A stretch of DNA of 64,000 nucleotides from an uncultured bacterium (GCA_963827235.1 CAWHAE010000009.1:704001-768000); one strand, 5' to 3'. Shown: positions 38,942 to 49,832, numbered from the stretch's first letter. The notes: a model not told the origin generated them from the sequence alone. Translations and numbers: made by a program.

Positions 38942-39142
38942 CGACGGTACTTATGCTAAAGAGGTACCGATAGGGATGCTGCACGCACGCCACCAAACCT
39001 CTGGCCCGGCGGCTCATGGCAGCATCCGGTGGGTTCAGCCACCGCCTGGATCGGGCGTCGGCCGGCGGCGTTTATCTCATTGACCGGCGAGCCGAGGCGC
39101 AGGGAAACTCAACTGAAAGGTTCACGAGAAAGGGCAGCACGT

Positions 39143-40243
39143 ATGGCCAGGGGATTGACATCGCTTGCCGCGGCCGCGCTGATCGTCGCGGGAGGCATCG
39201 GTGACCATATTCTGACAAGCAGTTCATCCAATCAGCCTGTGGCTGCATTGGCGTCCGTGGCTGCACAGCAGTCCGGCGCGCAAACCGCTGCGGTGACATC
39301 GCAGTCGCTCGACGCGGCGACGGAGCATGCTTTCTCGGTCGCCAGCCCCTCGGTCGTATTTGTGAACAATGTCGGCATCGGCAGCGGCTCGGGCGTGATC
39401 TACGACAAGACCGGCGACATCGTCACCAACGCCCACGTGGTCGAGAGCGCGCAGAGTCTCACGGTGACGCTCTCCACCGGGAAAACCTATTCAGCCCGCG
39501 TGGTCGGCAGTGATACCAAGGATGACCTGGCGGTCATCCACATCAACGCCTCCAACCTTCCGGCCGCGCATTTCGCCAGTGCCGGGTCGTTCCAAGTTGC
39601 CCAGATGGTCTTGGCAATCGGTAACCCCCTTGACCTCCAGCAGAGCGTGACGTTCGGCCTGATTAGCGCCCTTGACCGCACCGTCCTGGAATCTGCCAGC
39701 ACCGGCGCCTACCTCCCCGACGCGATACAGACCTCCGCGCCGATCAACCCCGGCAATTCCGGTGGTGCCCTTGTCACCCTTGATGGCTCGGTGGTGGGCA
39801 TTCCTACCCTGGAGGCCGTCGATCCGCAGAACAACAACGGCGGCGCCGCGCAGGGTATTGGATTCGCCGTGCCAAGCACGCGCATTACCGCTATCGCACA
39901 CCAGCTCGTCGCCTATGGCCGCGTCGTGCATTCCGGGCGGGCCTATCTCGGCGTGAGCTCGGCGGACAGCAGCAGCGCCAGCGGTTACTCAATGTTCGGC
40001 CAGCAGAGCACGGTGAGCGGTGCACTGGTGACCACGGTCGCCGACGGCAGTCCTGCCGCTCAGGCCGGCCTGCAGCAGTACGATGTAATCACGGCCGTGA
40101 ATGGCAAGACCATCAGCGGCAGCGATGACCTGCTGACGGCGCTCGCGCATGCCAAGCCAAACCAGACAATTACACTCAGCGTCAACCGCAATGGGCAGAG
40201 CCTGACCCTCAAGGTGAAGCTCGGCGAGCTGACAGTCTCATAA
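39143..40243 (+). CDS. htrA: HtrA/S1C serine protease with PDZ domain
   Basis: GSGSGVI, VTNAHVV, DDLAVI, IQTSAPINPGNSGGAL; PDZ GSPAAQAGLQ.YDVI. Start codon uncertain. Confidence 0.92.
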   Translation: MARGLTSLAAAALIVAGGIGDHILTSSSSNQPVAALASVAAQQSGAQTAAVTSQSLDAATEHAFSVASPSVVFVNNVGIGSGSGVIYDKTGDIVTNAHVVESAQSLTVTLSTGKTYSARVVGSDTKDDLAVIHINASNLPAAHFASAGSFQVAQMVLAIGNPLDLQQSVTFGLISALDRTVLESASTGAYLPDAIQTSAPINPGNSGGALVTLDGSVVGIPTLEAVDPQNNNGGAAQGIGFAVPSTRITAIAHQLVAYGRVVHSGRAYLGVSSADSSSASGYSMFGQQSTVSGALVTTVADGSPAAQAGLQQYDVITAVNGKTISGSDDLLTALAHAKPNQTITLSVNRNGQSLTLKVKLGELTVS

Positions 40244-40668
40244 CCTGCATTCCACCCGCGGCGTCCGCGAGGCAAACCCCACCTTGCGCTTGCGGACGCC
40301 GCACTTCCTGAGAGATCCAAGGCTGCCGAGGTAACTCCCCCTCGGCAGCCTTTTTCTGTCTTGCGGTGCCGTGCCCTTCTCGACGGTCCGCGGCCTGGCT
40401 CGAGACGGCGCGGTATGGCCTGATCGGCCCGGCCGTGTTTTCCACAGGCACGTGCTACTCGCATTACACCCGGCGCGACGGAACCGGCTCCATGACTTTC
40501 TTCACTGCCGTGGAATTCGGTCATTTGCTACGCTTGCCGATGGGCACCCTGTTCTGCAGGCGAACGACTGAAACGGTGCCGGCCAGGCGTCACATCCCGG
40601 GCGACGGCGGTGCTTGGCGTAGAGAGATGCTACGACTCGGGGATCAGAGGATGCACGGGGAGGCTGCG

Positions 40669-41421
40669 TTGGCTACTGAGCTGATCATCGAGGCCAGGGG
40701 CCTCAAGAAGACATATGTCACCGGCACGCAGCGCGTAGATGCCCTGCGCGGCATCGATTTCGCGGTGCGCCGGGGCGAGATGGTCTCGATCATGGGCCCG
40801 AGCGGATGCGGCAAGACGACGCTGCTCAACTGCCTCTCCGGGCTGGACGATTTCGACGCAGGCGACGTGAAGATCGCCGGCACCTCGTTGCGAGATATGA
40901 GCGACAACCAGAAGACGGACTATCGCGCGCGCAAGATGGGCTTCGTCTTTCAGGTGTATAACCTGCTGCCCGTGCTCAGCGCGGTCGAGAACGTCGAGCT
41001 GCCGCTACTGGTCAGCGGTATGCATCCGAAGCTGGCACGCAAGAAGGCGCAGGCGGCGCTGGAGAACGTGCAGCTCGGCAGCTGGGCGAATCACCGGCCG
41101 GCCGAGCTGTCGGGCGGACAGCGACAGCGCGTGACGGTCGCCCGCTCGCTGGTGAACGAACCGGCAATCGTCTGGGCAGACGAGCCAACGGGCGCGCTCG
41201 ACTCGGAGGCGGCGGGAGGCATCATGGATCTGATGTGCGATCTCAACAAGCTAAACAGCCAGACCTTCGTGGTGGTGACGCACGCCCTCGAGGTCGGCGA
41301 GCGCGCCGACCGCATCGTGCGGATGCGCGACGGGCACATCGACGATGCCGGACTTGGCCGTGGCGCCGAGGGTATGGGCGACCTGATAGACGCGCACCAG
41401 GCCGCCGCGTCGGCATCATAG
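40669..41421 (+). CDS. ABC transporter ATP-binding protein (LolD/MacB-like)
   Basis: [38 protein letters not shown] start after GGAGG. Confidence 0.92.
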   Translation: MATELIIEARGLKKTYVTGTQRVDALRGIDFAVRRGEMVSIMGPSGCGKTTLLNCLSGLDDFDAGDVKIAGTSLRDMSDNQKTDYRARKMGFVFQVYNLLPVLSAVENVELPLLVSGMHPKLARKKAQAALENVQLGSWANHRPAELSGGQRQRVTVARSLVNEPAIVWADEPTGALDSEAAGGIMDLMCDLNKLNSQTFVVVTHALEVGERADRIVRMRDGHIDDAGLGRGAEGMGDLIDAHQAAASAS

Positions 41422-41433
41422 GAGGCCACGGTA

Positions 41434-44400
41434 ATGAAGTCCCTTTTCGGCATCCCTATGGATACCGTGATGGCCTGGATGCTGGCCATCTTCATCGTGG
41501 TCACGCTGGTGGTCGTCATCCTGGCCTTGTTCAATCCACTGTTTTTCAAGATGGGGCTGCGCAACATTCCACGCCGCCGGGCCCAGACCATCCTGATCAT
41601 TGTCGGCCTGATGCTGAGCACGGTGATCGTGACCAGCGCCTTCGGTACCGGCGACACGCTCAGCTATTCCATTCGATCGTCGGTGGTAAGCGGCATGGGC
41701 TATGTGGACGAAGCGGTCTTCCACGTCTCGGGCTATCCCAGCGCGGACCAGGTGAATGGGGTGGGACCGTTCTCGTCCGCGGTCGCTCGCAGCATCCAGG
41801 CCAACGTCGCCGCCAACCCTTCCGCCGCCGCTTCCGTGCCCGCGCTGATATCCGCGGCGCCGCTCCAGGATCTGACGACCGGGCAGACAAAGGCCGCCGG
41901 CCAGATCGCGGCGTTCCCCGCCGCCTACCCGGCCAAGTTCGGACCTCTGACCACGACGGACGGCTCCGTCGTCACGCTCGGGCAGCTGGCCGCGAACGAG
42001 GTCTACATCAACGCGAAGGCGGCCGACGATCTGGGCGCGCACTCCGGCGACCTCGTGGTCGTCTACTTTCGTGGCCGGCTGCTCAAATTTCACGTCCGAG
42101 CCGCGCTGAAGGACGAGAACCTCGCTTCCGGCGCGCTCTCCAGTGGGGGCGGACAGTACCTCCCCAGCCTGCTTCTGCCGCTCGATCGCCTGGCAGGCAT
42201 GGCGCCCAACACTATTCTGGTCTCCAACAAAGGCGATGCTACCAGTGGAGCAGACAAGACCGATGACGTGACCGATCCGCTGCGCGCCCTGCTTGCCAAG
42301 CCCGGGGAAGTGGCTGCCGTCCAGTCGATGCTGGTGAGCACGGCCGGCAAGACGCAGCTCAAGAAGCTGATCGACGACCCGGCGAACGCCGGGAGCAAGA
42401 GCAAGCTGGTCGCGCTGCAGCAAGAAGTCGCCCGTGTGGGCCAGAGCGATCGGCTAAAGAGTCTGCTGAGCAATCCTTCGGTGGTCGGAGCGCTCAAGAG
42501 CATCAAGGATCCAGGGATCAGTCGTCCCCTGAACGACGACCTGGCGGCAATCAGCGACTACTCGGTCCAGAATGTGAAGCAGGACGGGTTGACCGCAGCG
42601 GATCTGATCGGCAGCGTGTTCGTCTCTATCTTCATCGTGTTCGGGCTCTTCTCCATCGCGGCCGGCATCATGCTGATCTTCTTGATCTTCGTCATGCTTG
42701 CGGCAGAGCGGCGTGAGGAGATGGGGATGGCGCGCGCGGTGGGCACCAAGCGCAGGCATCTCATCCAGCAATTCCTCTTCGAAGGCTATGTCTACAACCT
42801 AGCGGCGGCGTTGGTCGGCATTGTGCTCGGCGTGCTCGTCGGGCTGGGTATGGTGCGCATCATGGCCTACCTGCTCGGGAGCTACGATTTCACGCTGATC
42901 GGGCACATCGAGCCACGCAGCTTGGTCGTGGCGTTCTGCCTTGGCGCCTTGGTGACGTTTCTTACGGTCGTCGTCTCCTCGTACCGGGTGAGCCGTCTCA
43001 ACATCGTGGCCGCCATCCGCGATCTGCCCGAAGATTTCGGCACGAACCGCACGGTCGGCGATGCCTGGAGGAGATCGCTGAAACGGCTGCCGCGGCGGCC
43101 GAGCCAGATGGTCATCCGCTCGCTGCTGACGGCCATCGTTCTGCTCATTACCGTCTCCATGGCGGCGAGAGGCTCAATTGTCGCGGCAGCACTGCTGCTG
43201 CTCCTGCTTGCTGGGACTTACTTCTGGCCGCTCGTGGTGGCCTTTATGGCCCGGGGCCCCGTGCTCGCCGTCGCGGGCGTGGTGCTCATCGTGATTGGAT
43301 TCAACACCAACCAGTACTCATGGTTCGGCATCGGCACCTCGCTGACCTTGATAGGGATCGCCATGCTCATCCGCTGGGGCCTCAGGCTGTCGGCACTGCG
43401 AGATGCTCTCGGCGACCGGGTCGGCTATACTCTGGCCGGCCTGCTGCTGATGATTTTCTGGCTCTTACCGTTCGATTTCCTGACCAGCCTGGGCCTGCCC
43501 AACTTCGACGGCGGCATCGAGATGTTCTTCATTTCGGGCATCTTGCTCGTCATGGGCGGCGTGTGGACGGTGATGTTCAACGCCGACCTGATCGCGACCG
43601 GCCTGCAACGACTGTTCAGCTGGAACGGTTCGCTGGCGCCGGTGATGAAGATGGCCGTGACGTATCCCATGCAGCAGAAGTTCCGCACCGGGTTGACGCT
43701 GGCCATGTTCGCCCTGGTGATATTCACCCTGATGGTGATGTCGGTGCTTACTCGCAGCGCTTCAGGCAGCCTGGTGCTGAACCGCGATGACGGCGGCTAT
43801 CAGATATACGGCGCGGTGAGCGTGCAGAATACCGGCACGAACAACGCGGCCGTCATTGCCGCCAACCGCTCTCTGAGCAAGGCAGTAGCAGCCAGCGGCG
43901 GTATCGGCGTGGTGAGTGTAGGGGTACGCCAGCCCGGCCAGCAGGATCAGTCGTGGTCTGCGTACCTGGCCAACGTGCTCGACGACGCGTATCTCTCCTC
44001 GACGCGGTTTACCCTGCACGATCGGGCTGCCGGCTTCATCTCCGACGCGGCGGTCTGGCAGAAGCTGCGCACGCAGCCCGGCTACGCGGTGGTCGACGCT
44101 TCGCTGACCGAGAGCTCCGGCGGCTTCGGCAACACCTTCACGATCAAGGGTCTGAAGTACAAGGACACGACGTTCAGCCCGCAGACGATCGAGATCCGGG
44201 ACAATCGTTCGGGCACGACTACTCGCCTGCAGGTGATCGGCGTGCTCGACGCCAATGCGTCGAACCTGGGCGACTTCACAAGCGGCATCTACACGGGCGA
44301 ACGCTCGTTCATCTCAGCCGGCCTGGCCTACGTGCAGCCTACCGAGTACGTGTATCGCACGGCGGCAGGTGCGGACGTGCACGCCACCGCGCTGCTGCTG

Positions 44401-44880
44401 GGCAAGACGTTCCTGCGAGAAGGCTTCGACGTCAAGGAGGCGCAGAAGGAGTTCAATACCAACCAGGCGTTTGGCATTGGCATCGACAATCTTCTGGAAG
44501 GCTTCATGGCCCTGGGCCTGATCGTCGGCATTGCCGCCCTCGGCGTGATCGCCTTCCGCTCGGTCGTCGAGCGGCGCCAGCAGATCGGCATGATGCGTGC
44601 CATCGGTTTCCGGAAAGGTATGGTGCGGACGAGCTTCCTGATCGAATCCAGCTTCGTGGCTATTCTGGGCACGTTTCTCGGCGTGGTTCTCGGCCTCTGG
44701 CTGGCAAGGAACCTGGTGGCCAGCATCGCCAAGGACAATTCCAGCGTTGTCTTCGTCGTGCCCTGGCTGCAGATCGTGGTGATCATCGTAGTCGCGTACG
44801 TCGCCTCCCTGATCACCACGTTCGTGCCCGCATGGCAGGCGTCGCGGGTCTATCCGGCGGAAGCCCTGCGCTACGAGTAG
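41434..44880 (+). CDS. FtsX-like ABC permease (duplicated MacB/FtsX modules)
   Basis: AERREEMGMARAVG and VERRQQIGMMRAIG motifs, many TM helices, ends PAEALRYE. Confidence 0.92.
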   Translation: MKSLFGIPMDTVMAWMLAIFIVVTLVVVILALFNPLFFKMGLRNIPRRRAQTILIIVGLMLSTVIVTSAFGTGDTLSYSIRSSVVSGMGYVDEAVFHVSGYPSADQVNGVGPFSSAVARSIQANVAANPSAAASVPALISAAPLQDLTTGQTKAAGQIAAFPAAYPAKFGPLTTTDGSVVTLGQLAANEVYINAKAADDLGAHSGDLVVVYFRGRLLKFHVRAALKDENLASGALSSGGGQYLPSLLLPLDRLAGMAPNTILVSNKGDATSGADKTDDVTDPLRALLAKPGEVAAVQSMLVSTAGKTQLKKLIDDPANAGSKSKLVALQQEVARVGQSDRLKSLLSNPSVVGALKSIKDPGISRPLNDDLAAISDYSVQNVKQDGLTAADLIGSVFVSIFIVFGLFSIAAGIMLIFLIFVMLAAERREEMGMARAVGTKRRHLIQQFLFEGYVYNLAAALVGIVLGVLVGLGMVRIMAYLLGSYDFTLIGHIEPRSLVVAFCLGALVTFLTVVVSSYRVSRLNIVAAIRDLPEDFGTNRTVGDAWRRSLKRLPRRPSQMVIRSLLTAIVLLITVSMAARGSIVAAALLLLLLAGTYFWPLVVAFMARGPVLAVAGVVLIVIGFNTNQYSWFGIGTSLTLIGIAMLIRWGLRLSALRDALGDRVGYTLAGLLLMIFWLLPFDFLTSLGLPNFDGGIEMFFISGILLVMGGVWTVMFNADLIATGLQRLFSWNGSLAPVMKMAVTYPMQQKFRTGLTLAMFALVIFTLMVMSVLTRSASGSLVLNRDDGGYQIYGAVSVQNTGTNNAAVIAANRSLSKAVAASGGIGVVSVGVRQPGQQDQSWSAYLANVLDDAYLSSTRFTLHDRAAGFISDAAVWQKLRTQPGYAVVDASLTESSGGFGNTFTIKGLKYKDTTFSPQTIEIRDNRSGTTTRLQVIGVLDANASNLGDFTSGIYTGERSFISAGLAYVQPTEYVYRTAAGADVHATALLLGKTFLREGFDVKEAQKEFNTNQAFGIGIDNLLEGFMALGLIVGIAALGVIAFRSVVERRQQIGMMRAIGFRKGMVRTSFLIESSFVAILGTFLGVVLGLWLARNLVASIAKDNSSVVFVVPWLQIVVIIVVAYVASLITTFVPAWQASRVYPAEALRYE

Positions 44881-44898
44881 CAGTCCGCGGGCACTAAC

Positions 44899-44937
44899 AC
44901 ACAAGACCTCCAGGCATTTGAGCCGGAGGTCTTGTGT
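44899..44937. terminator. stem-loop between convergent genes
   Basis: ACACAAGACCTCC-N13-GGAGGTCTTGTGT. Confidence 0.7.
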
Positions 44938-44961
44938 TGCTGTTGTCGCGCAACGTATAGG

Positions 44962-45384
44962 TCACGACTGCCGCGTCTTCTTCTCCTGCAGGCGCGCCCC
45001 GGTTGCGCGTTGAAAGGCGAGATCTTCGTTCAACCGGTAGTCGACGAGCGCCTTGATCAACAGTTGGTTGATGGAGCCCCGGCTGTTGAAGGCCTTGGTC
45101 CTCAACCACTCATAGAGCTCGTCGGTGAGATGCACGTTGAACTTCACGCTGCCGACCGTGGCAGCGGTCTGCTTGAGCACGAGCGGTGTCGTCGCGTCGT
45201 CCGACGCATCGTGCAGGGCCCTAATCGCTTTGAGCACCATGCTGTTCATACTGCAACGGTCGACAAATGCGCGGTAGCGAAGCCACTCATATTGCGCGGC
45301 CGGCAGCCGGCATTGCATGAACCTCGCTCCGTCCATGGCGGTAGGTGCTGCAACAGCCCGCTGAGTATCAATCATCTGCAACAC
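44962..45384 (-). CDS. putative tandem ribbon-helix-helix DNA-binding protein
   Basis: Internal repeat FMQCRLPAAQYEWLRYRAF...SMNSMVLKAI / KFNVHLTDELYEWLRTKAF...SINQLLIKAL. AAGGAGG RBS before GTG. Confidence 0.7.
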   Translation of the reverse strand: MLQMIDTQRAVAAPTAMDGARFMQCRLPAAQYEWLRYRAFVDRCSMNSMVLKAIRALHDASDDATTPLVLKQTAATVGSVKFNVHLTDELYEWLRTKAFNSRGSINQLLIKALVDYRLNEDLAFQRATGARLQEKKTRQS

Positions 45385-45642
45385 GCGTGACGCCTCCTTG
45401 GTCATCCTCTTCATGACTCCAGATAGCCCCTCGGCATCTCGGCCGGGATATTCATCCCTACACATCTTGCTATCGGCAGCAGCGAGGCAAATCAGTAGAG
45501 CAATTTTCTCTTCAGGGCCAAACTCGTCGAACTGGACTGCAGAGAGAGGGTTTGCTACGATTGCCAGGATTGGGGCCACCCCGGCGCTGCTGGCCGGTAG
45601 GAGGCCGAGCGATCGACGGCGATCACCTGGAGGTCTGGAACG

Positions 45643-46914
45643 ATGACCCCGGTCGAAAAGGCTACCGCGCTCGATCAGAGCTCCGTGCTCGAGCTGGCTT
45701 TACGGCAGTTCGACGCCGCGGCCGACCATCTGCGGCTCGAGGCGCGTTACCGGCGCATCCTGCGCCAGTCGCGGCGCGAGCTGACCGTGACCTTCCCCGT
45801 GCGTATGCGCGACGATTCGTTCGCCATGTTCACCGGCTATCGCGTCCATCACAACATCGTGCGCGGCCCCGCATGCGGTGGCATTCGCTATCATCCGGAC
45901 CTCACCATCGACGCCGTGCGAGCGCTGGCTCTCTGGTCTACCTGGCGTGCTGCCCTGTTGCGCATACCATTCGGCGGCGCCTACGGCGGCGTGGTGTGCG
46001 ATCCGGCGTCCATGACGGAGGAGGAGCGCGAGAATCTGACCCGCCGCTTCACGACCGAGATCTCTATCCTGCTGGGGCCCGATCGCGACATCGCGTCGCC
46101 GGATCGCTCGACCGACGACCACGTGATGGGTTGGATGATGGACACCTACAGTATGCACCGGGGATTCTCCGTGCCGGCGGTCGTGACCGGAAAACCGGTC
46201 GCCATCGGCGGGTCGCGTGGATGGGCCGCTTCCAGCGGTCGGGGGACCGCGGTGCTGTGTCGCGAGCTCGCCAGACTGCGCGGGCTGGACGTGCAGAACA
46301 CGCGCGTTGCCCTGCAGGGCGCGGGGCCAATCGGCGCTTCGGCGGCGCGGGTGCTATTCGGTTGGGGTGCGCGGATCGTGGCGCTCGGCGACGGCCGGCA
46401 AGGCGTGTTCCAGAACAGCGGGCTGGAAGTGCCGGCCGTGCTGCGCTACTTCGACGAGCATGGATCGCTGCAGGGTTGCCCGTATGGATCGCCGGTAGCT
46501 GGCCCAACCCTGGCTCCAATGCCTTGCGACATCCTGGTGCTGAGCGGCTTCGAGCGCATCGACGAGCAAGCGGCGGCGGCGATGCAGGCAGGAGTGGTGG
46601 TAGAAGGAGCCTACGGCACGATCGCGCCGGAGATCGACCGCGTGCTCGAAGATCGGGGCATCGTGGTGATGCCCGACATACTCGGCGGATCCGGCGGTGC
46701 AGCGGCCTCCTACTTCGAATGGGTGCAGGATATCCAGGAGACGTTCTGGAGCGAGGACCAGATCAGCAGCCGGATCGAAGCGATGCTGCTGCGCGGGTTC
46801 GAGGACGTGTACGCGCTGCACCAGCGCGACGGCATCTCGCTGCGCCTTGCCGCTCACTGCCTGGCAGTCGGGCGCGTGGCCGAAGCGCACCGGCTGCGGG
46901 GACTCTATCCGTAG
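45643..46914 (+). CDS. Glu/Leu/Phe/Val dehydrogenase homolog lacking active-site lysines
   Basis: Full-length GDH architecture (FTGYRVHHN, GGIRYHP, VVTGKP, SYFEWVQ, RGLYP) with substituted catalytic residues. Confidence 0.88.
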   Translation: MTPVEKATALDQSSVLELALRQFDAAADHLRLEARYRRILRQSRRELTVTFPVRMRDDSFAMFTGYRVHHNIVRGPACGGIRYHPDLTIDAVRALALWSTWRAALLRIPFGGAYGGVVCDPASMTEEERENLTRRFTTEISILLGPDRDIASPDRSTDDHVMGWMMDTYSMHRGFSVPAVVTGKPVAIGGSRGWAASSGRGTAVLCRELARLRGLDVQNTRVALQGAGPIGASAARVLFGWGARIVALGDGRQGVFQNSGLEVPAVLRYFDEHGSLQGCPYGSPVAGPTLAPMPCDILVLSGFERIDEQAAAAMQAGVVVEGAYGTIAPEIDRVLEDRGIVVMPDILGGSGGAAASYFEWVQDIQETFWSEDQISSRIEAMLLRGFEDVYALHQRDGISLRLAAHCLAVGRVAEAHRLRGLYP

Positions 46915-46916
46915 CC

Positions 46917-47192
46917 ATGGGCGTACAGGATTCCGGGCGATGGGTGCCGCTGACCTATTACTTGCGGTTGCAGCGCGGACGGCAACCGGCTGTCGAGATG
47001 ACCTTCCGGCAGGTCGAAGAGGTGCTTGGCGACGGCCTGCCGAAGCCGGCGCGCAAGCAGCCGGAGTGGTGGCGCAACGATGATGCCGTTCCCCAGGCCC
47101 GGGCCTGGATCGACGCCGGTTGGCGGGTGGATACCGTGGATCTACCGAACGAGCTCGTGACGTTCGTGCCGGCGGGCCTGGCGACGGCGTAG
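46917..47192 (+). CDS. small conserved domain protein (DUF7662-like)
   Basis: PL..YL...MTFRQVEEVLG..LP..AR...WWRN...QARAWIDAGWRV..VDL....VTF pattern. Starts 2 nt after the GDH-like stop. Confidence 0.7.
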   Translation: MGVQDSGRWVPLTYYLRLQRGRQPAVEMTFRQVEEVLGDGLPKPARKQPEWWRNDDAVPQARAWIDAGWRVDTVDLPNELVTFVPAGLATA

Positions 47193-47198
47193 TCGCCG

Positions 47199-47780
47199 CT
47201 ACGGGTACGGCTTTTCGCGACGCTCGAGCATGCCGATGAACCTGTCGATATGCGCCCGCCGCGTCTTGGCTCGTTTGATCATGTCAATTCTGCGGCATAT
47301 CGCGTACCGGTTGAGCTTGTTGAGCGACTCGAAGAACTCCCTGGCCACGGGATGGGCATCCAGCTCCTGCTGGACATCCTCGGGGACGGTCTGCGCGCTC
47401 TGCGACCTATAGGCGGCATCCCACCGGCCGTCGCTCTTGGCCCGCTCGACGGCGCGCATTCCGGCCGGCTTCATCCTGCCGGCGGCTTCGAGCTGCGCCA
47501 CCTTCTCCGTGTTGATCTTCGACCACGCGCTCTTGGGCCGGCGCGGTGTGAACCTCTGCACGTAGCAGGCGGCATCGTAGGTCTTGACCTGGCCGTCAAT
47601 CCAGCCGTAGCAGAGCGCGCCGTCGAGCGCCTCGGCGTAGGAGATAGTGGTAAGGCCGCCGTTCTTCTTGGCCAGCTTGATCCAGACGCCCTGGGTTTCG
47701 GCGTGGTGCTCGGCGAGCCAATCCTCCCATTCCTGTTGCGTGACACACAGCAGCACCGGCAGGTTGGCGAGCATCTCCAT
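47199..47780 (-). CDS. YdeI/OmpD-associated family protein
   Basis: WEDWLAEHH, ALCYGWIDG, RFTPRRPKSAWSKIN, GRMKPAG. Confidence 0.92.
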   Translation of the reverse strand: MEMLANLPVLLCVTQQEWEDWLAEHHAETQGVWIKLAKKNGGLTTISYAEALDGALCYGWIDGQVKTYDAACYVQRFTPRRPKSAWSKINTEKVAQLEAAGRMKPAGMRAVERAKSDGRWDAAYRSQSAQTVPEDVQQELDAHPVAREFFESLNKLNRYAICRRIDMIKRAKTRRAHIDRFIGMLERREKPYP

Positions 47781-47913
47781 ATATGCCAGAGTAGCACGCC
47801 ACACCGATATTCAAAGACCCTGATGCCCAAGGTCAGGGAGCCTGCCGGAGCCCTCTCACCCTTCAGACGGCGCGAATAGCCGCACGTGCCATGCTATGCA
47901 TGCTTACAAGCAC

Positions 47914-48390
47914 CTATACATCGAGAGGCTTGAGCAGGCGCACGAACGTTGGCTGATCGTAGCCGTCGTGGATGTGCTCGGCAATGATCCTGTAGCCGCG
48001 GTTCTGGAAGAAGCGAAGATTGCGCGGCAGAGCGAGACGCACGCCCACCACGACCGCGGCGTGCTCTTCGGCGCGGGCCCGGCGCTCCGCTTCGGCCATC
48101 AGGGCACTGCCGACACCGCGGCCCTGCATGTCGGCGCGGACCGCCAGGCGCCCGCAGTAGAGCGCCGGAGGATCGTCGATCGAGCGCAAGCGCGCCACGC
48201 CGACCACCTGCCCTTCCTGCTCCGCCACGACCACGGTGCCGGCGGCCATCGCCTCGAGCACGGTGTCGGCCGTCTCCTTGAAGACGCCGCTCGGTGGATC
48301 GAGCTGAGCCTGCTCCGCGAATGCCTCCTGGGTGAGGCGCAAAAGGCTCTCCGCTTCGTGCGCCTGTGCTACCCGGATTGTCAGACCCAT
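47914..48390 (-). CDS. GNAT family N-acetyltransferase
   Basis: RLAVRADMQGRGVGSALM, NLRFFQNRGY. Confidence 0.88.
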   Translation of the reverse strand: MGLTIRVAQAHEAESLLRLTQEAFAEQAQLDPPSGVFKETADTVLEAMAAGTVVVAEQEGQVVGVARLRSIDDPPALYCGRLAVRADMQGRGVGSALMAEAERRARAEEHAAVVVGVRLALPRNLRFFQNRGYRIIAEHIHDGYDQPTFVRLLKPLDV

Positions 48391-48860
48391 CAGATGCTCG
48401 CAATACCCCTACGATGCGCGAGCGCATGGCCCACGACCCTGTGCCGCCGCTTGTAGTCTATCGCACTCTGGTCGCGCACGTGACCGCGCGGGCACGCACT
48501 CAGCGATCCAAGGCTGGCCGCCGACCGCATCCTGGCGACACGTCTGGGAACGGGGGCCACGGGCCTGATCGCGGATGGGACGTTCAGCCGCGTGGTGGCG
48601 CTGCAGGGTTCAGAAGTGACCAGCGTTTCCCTACGCGAGACCGTGGGCAAGCTGAATCTCGTCTCAGCACGGCATCCGATGGTCCGCGAGGCGCGACTGC
48701 TCGACGGACCCGACCCCCGGCGTTGCTCTTCGATCACGGTGCTCGAGGACGGCCGCGGCCGGCCGATAGACCGCGCACCGGCCGGCCGCGGCCGTACTTC
48801 CATCCTCGGTTGGAGGCTCACTCAGTGTGAGCCGGAGATTGGGTTACGTCATGCCGGCTC

Positions 48861-49832
48861 TTACCAGGCGTATGCCTCGGGAGCGGCACCGCCCGGACCG
48901 GGGAAGATGCCGTCCAGGGTGGTAAGCGTCTCGGATGAGAGCTTCAGCTCCAGGGCGTGCAGAGCGCCGTCGAGCTGCGCCATCGTGCGCGGCCCGATGA
49001 TCGGCGCGGTGACCACGGGATTGCTGAGCAGCCAGGCCAGGGCCACGTCGGCCGGCGCCTCTCCCAGCTCGCGGCAGAAGCCCTCCCACTGCTCCAGCTT
49101 GCCCTGATTCTCTTCGATGCGCTTCTGGACCATCGGCGTAGAGCGGCGGCCCTCCTTGGCTTTCTGCAGCGCGCCGCCAAGGAAGCCCCCTCCGAGCGGG
49201 CTCCAGGGGATCAGGCCCATGCCGTACGCCTCGCAGGCGGGAATGACCTCGAGCTCGATCGTACGAGCGTCAAGGTTGTACAGGCTCTGCTCCGATACCA
49301 ACCCGAAGAAGTGCCGGTTCCGGGCCTGCTCGTTAGCCCGCGCGATGTGCCAGCCCGCGAAGTTGGAGCTGCCGACGTACAGAATCTTGCCCTGCTGCAC
49401 GAGCACGTCCATAGCCTGCCAGATCTCGTCCCACGGCGTGGCCCGATCGATGTGATGCATCTGGTAGATGTCGATATAGTCGGTCTGCATGCGCTTGAGA
49501 CTGGCATCGCAGGCGCGCCGGATATTCAGCGCCGAGAGGCGCGATTCATTCGGCCAATCGCCCATGTCGCCGTAGAGCTTGGTAGCCAGAACGGTCCGCT
49601 CGCGCCGCCCGCCGCCCTGGGCGAACCAGCGGCCGAGGATCTGCTCGGTGATCCCTTCGCCTTTCTTCCAGCCATAGACGTTGGCGGTGTCGAAGAAGTT
49701 GATTCCCAGGTCATGGGCGTGATCCATGATCGCGAAGCTGTCGGCCTCCTCGGAGAAAGGCCCGAAGTTCATGGTTCCGAGGCAGATCCTGCTGACTTTG
49801 AGGCCGGATCGGCCGAGCTGTACGTACTCCAT
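48861..49832 (-). CDS. aldo/keto reductase
   Basis: LGRSGLKVSRICLGTMNFG, FDTANVYG, LATK, DIYQMH, PWSPLGGG, PIIGPR. Confidence 0.95.
   Translation of the reverse strand: MEYVQLGRSGLKVSRICLGTMNFGPFSEEADSFAIMDHAHDLGINFFDTANVYGWKKGEGITEQILGRWFAQGGGRRERTVLATKLYGDMGDWPNESRLSALNIRRACDASLKRMQTDYIDIYQMHHIDRATPWDEIWQAMDVLVQQGKILYVGSSNFAGWHIARANEQARNRHFFGLVSEQSLYNLDARTIELEVIPACEAYGMGLIPWSPLGGGFLGGALQKAKEGRRSTPMVQKRIEENQGKLEQWEGFCRELGEAPADVALAWLLSNPVVTAPIIGPRTMAQLDGALHALELKLSSETLTTLDGIFPGPGGAAPEAYAW

Noticed and set aside
45552-47192. 546-aa ORF overlapping the GDH-like gene
   Set aside because: Arg/Ala-rich off-frame shadow. Only the last 91 codons (from 46917) look real.
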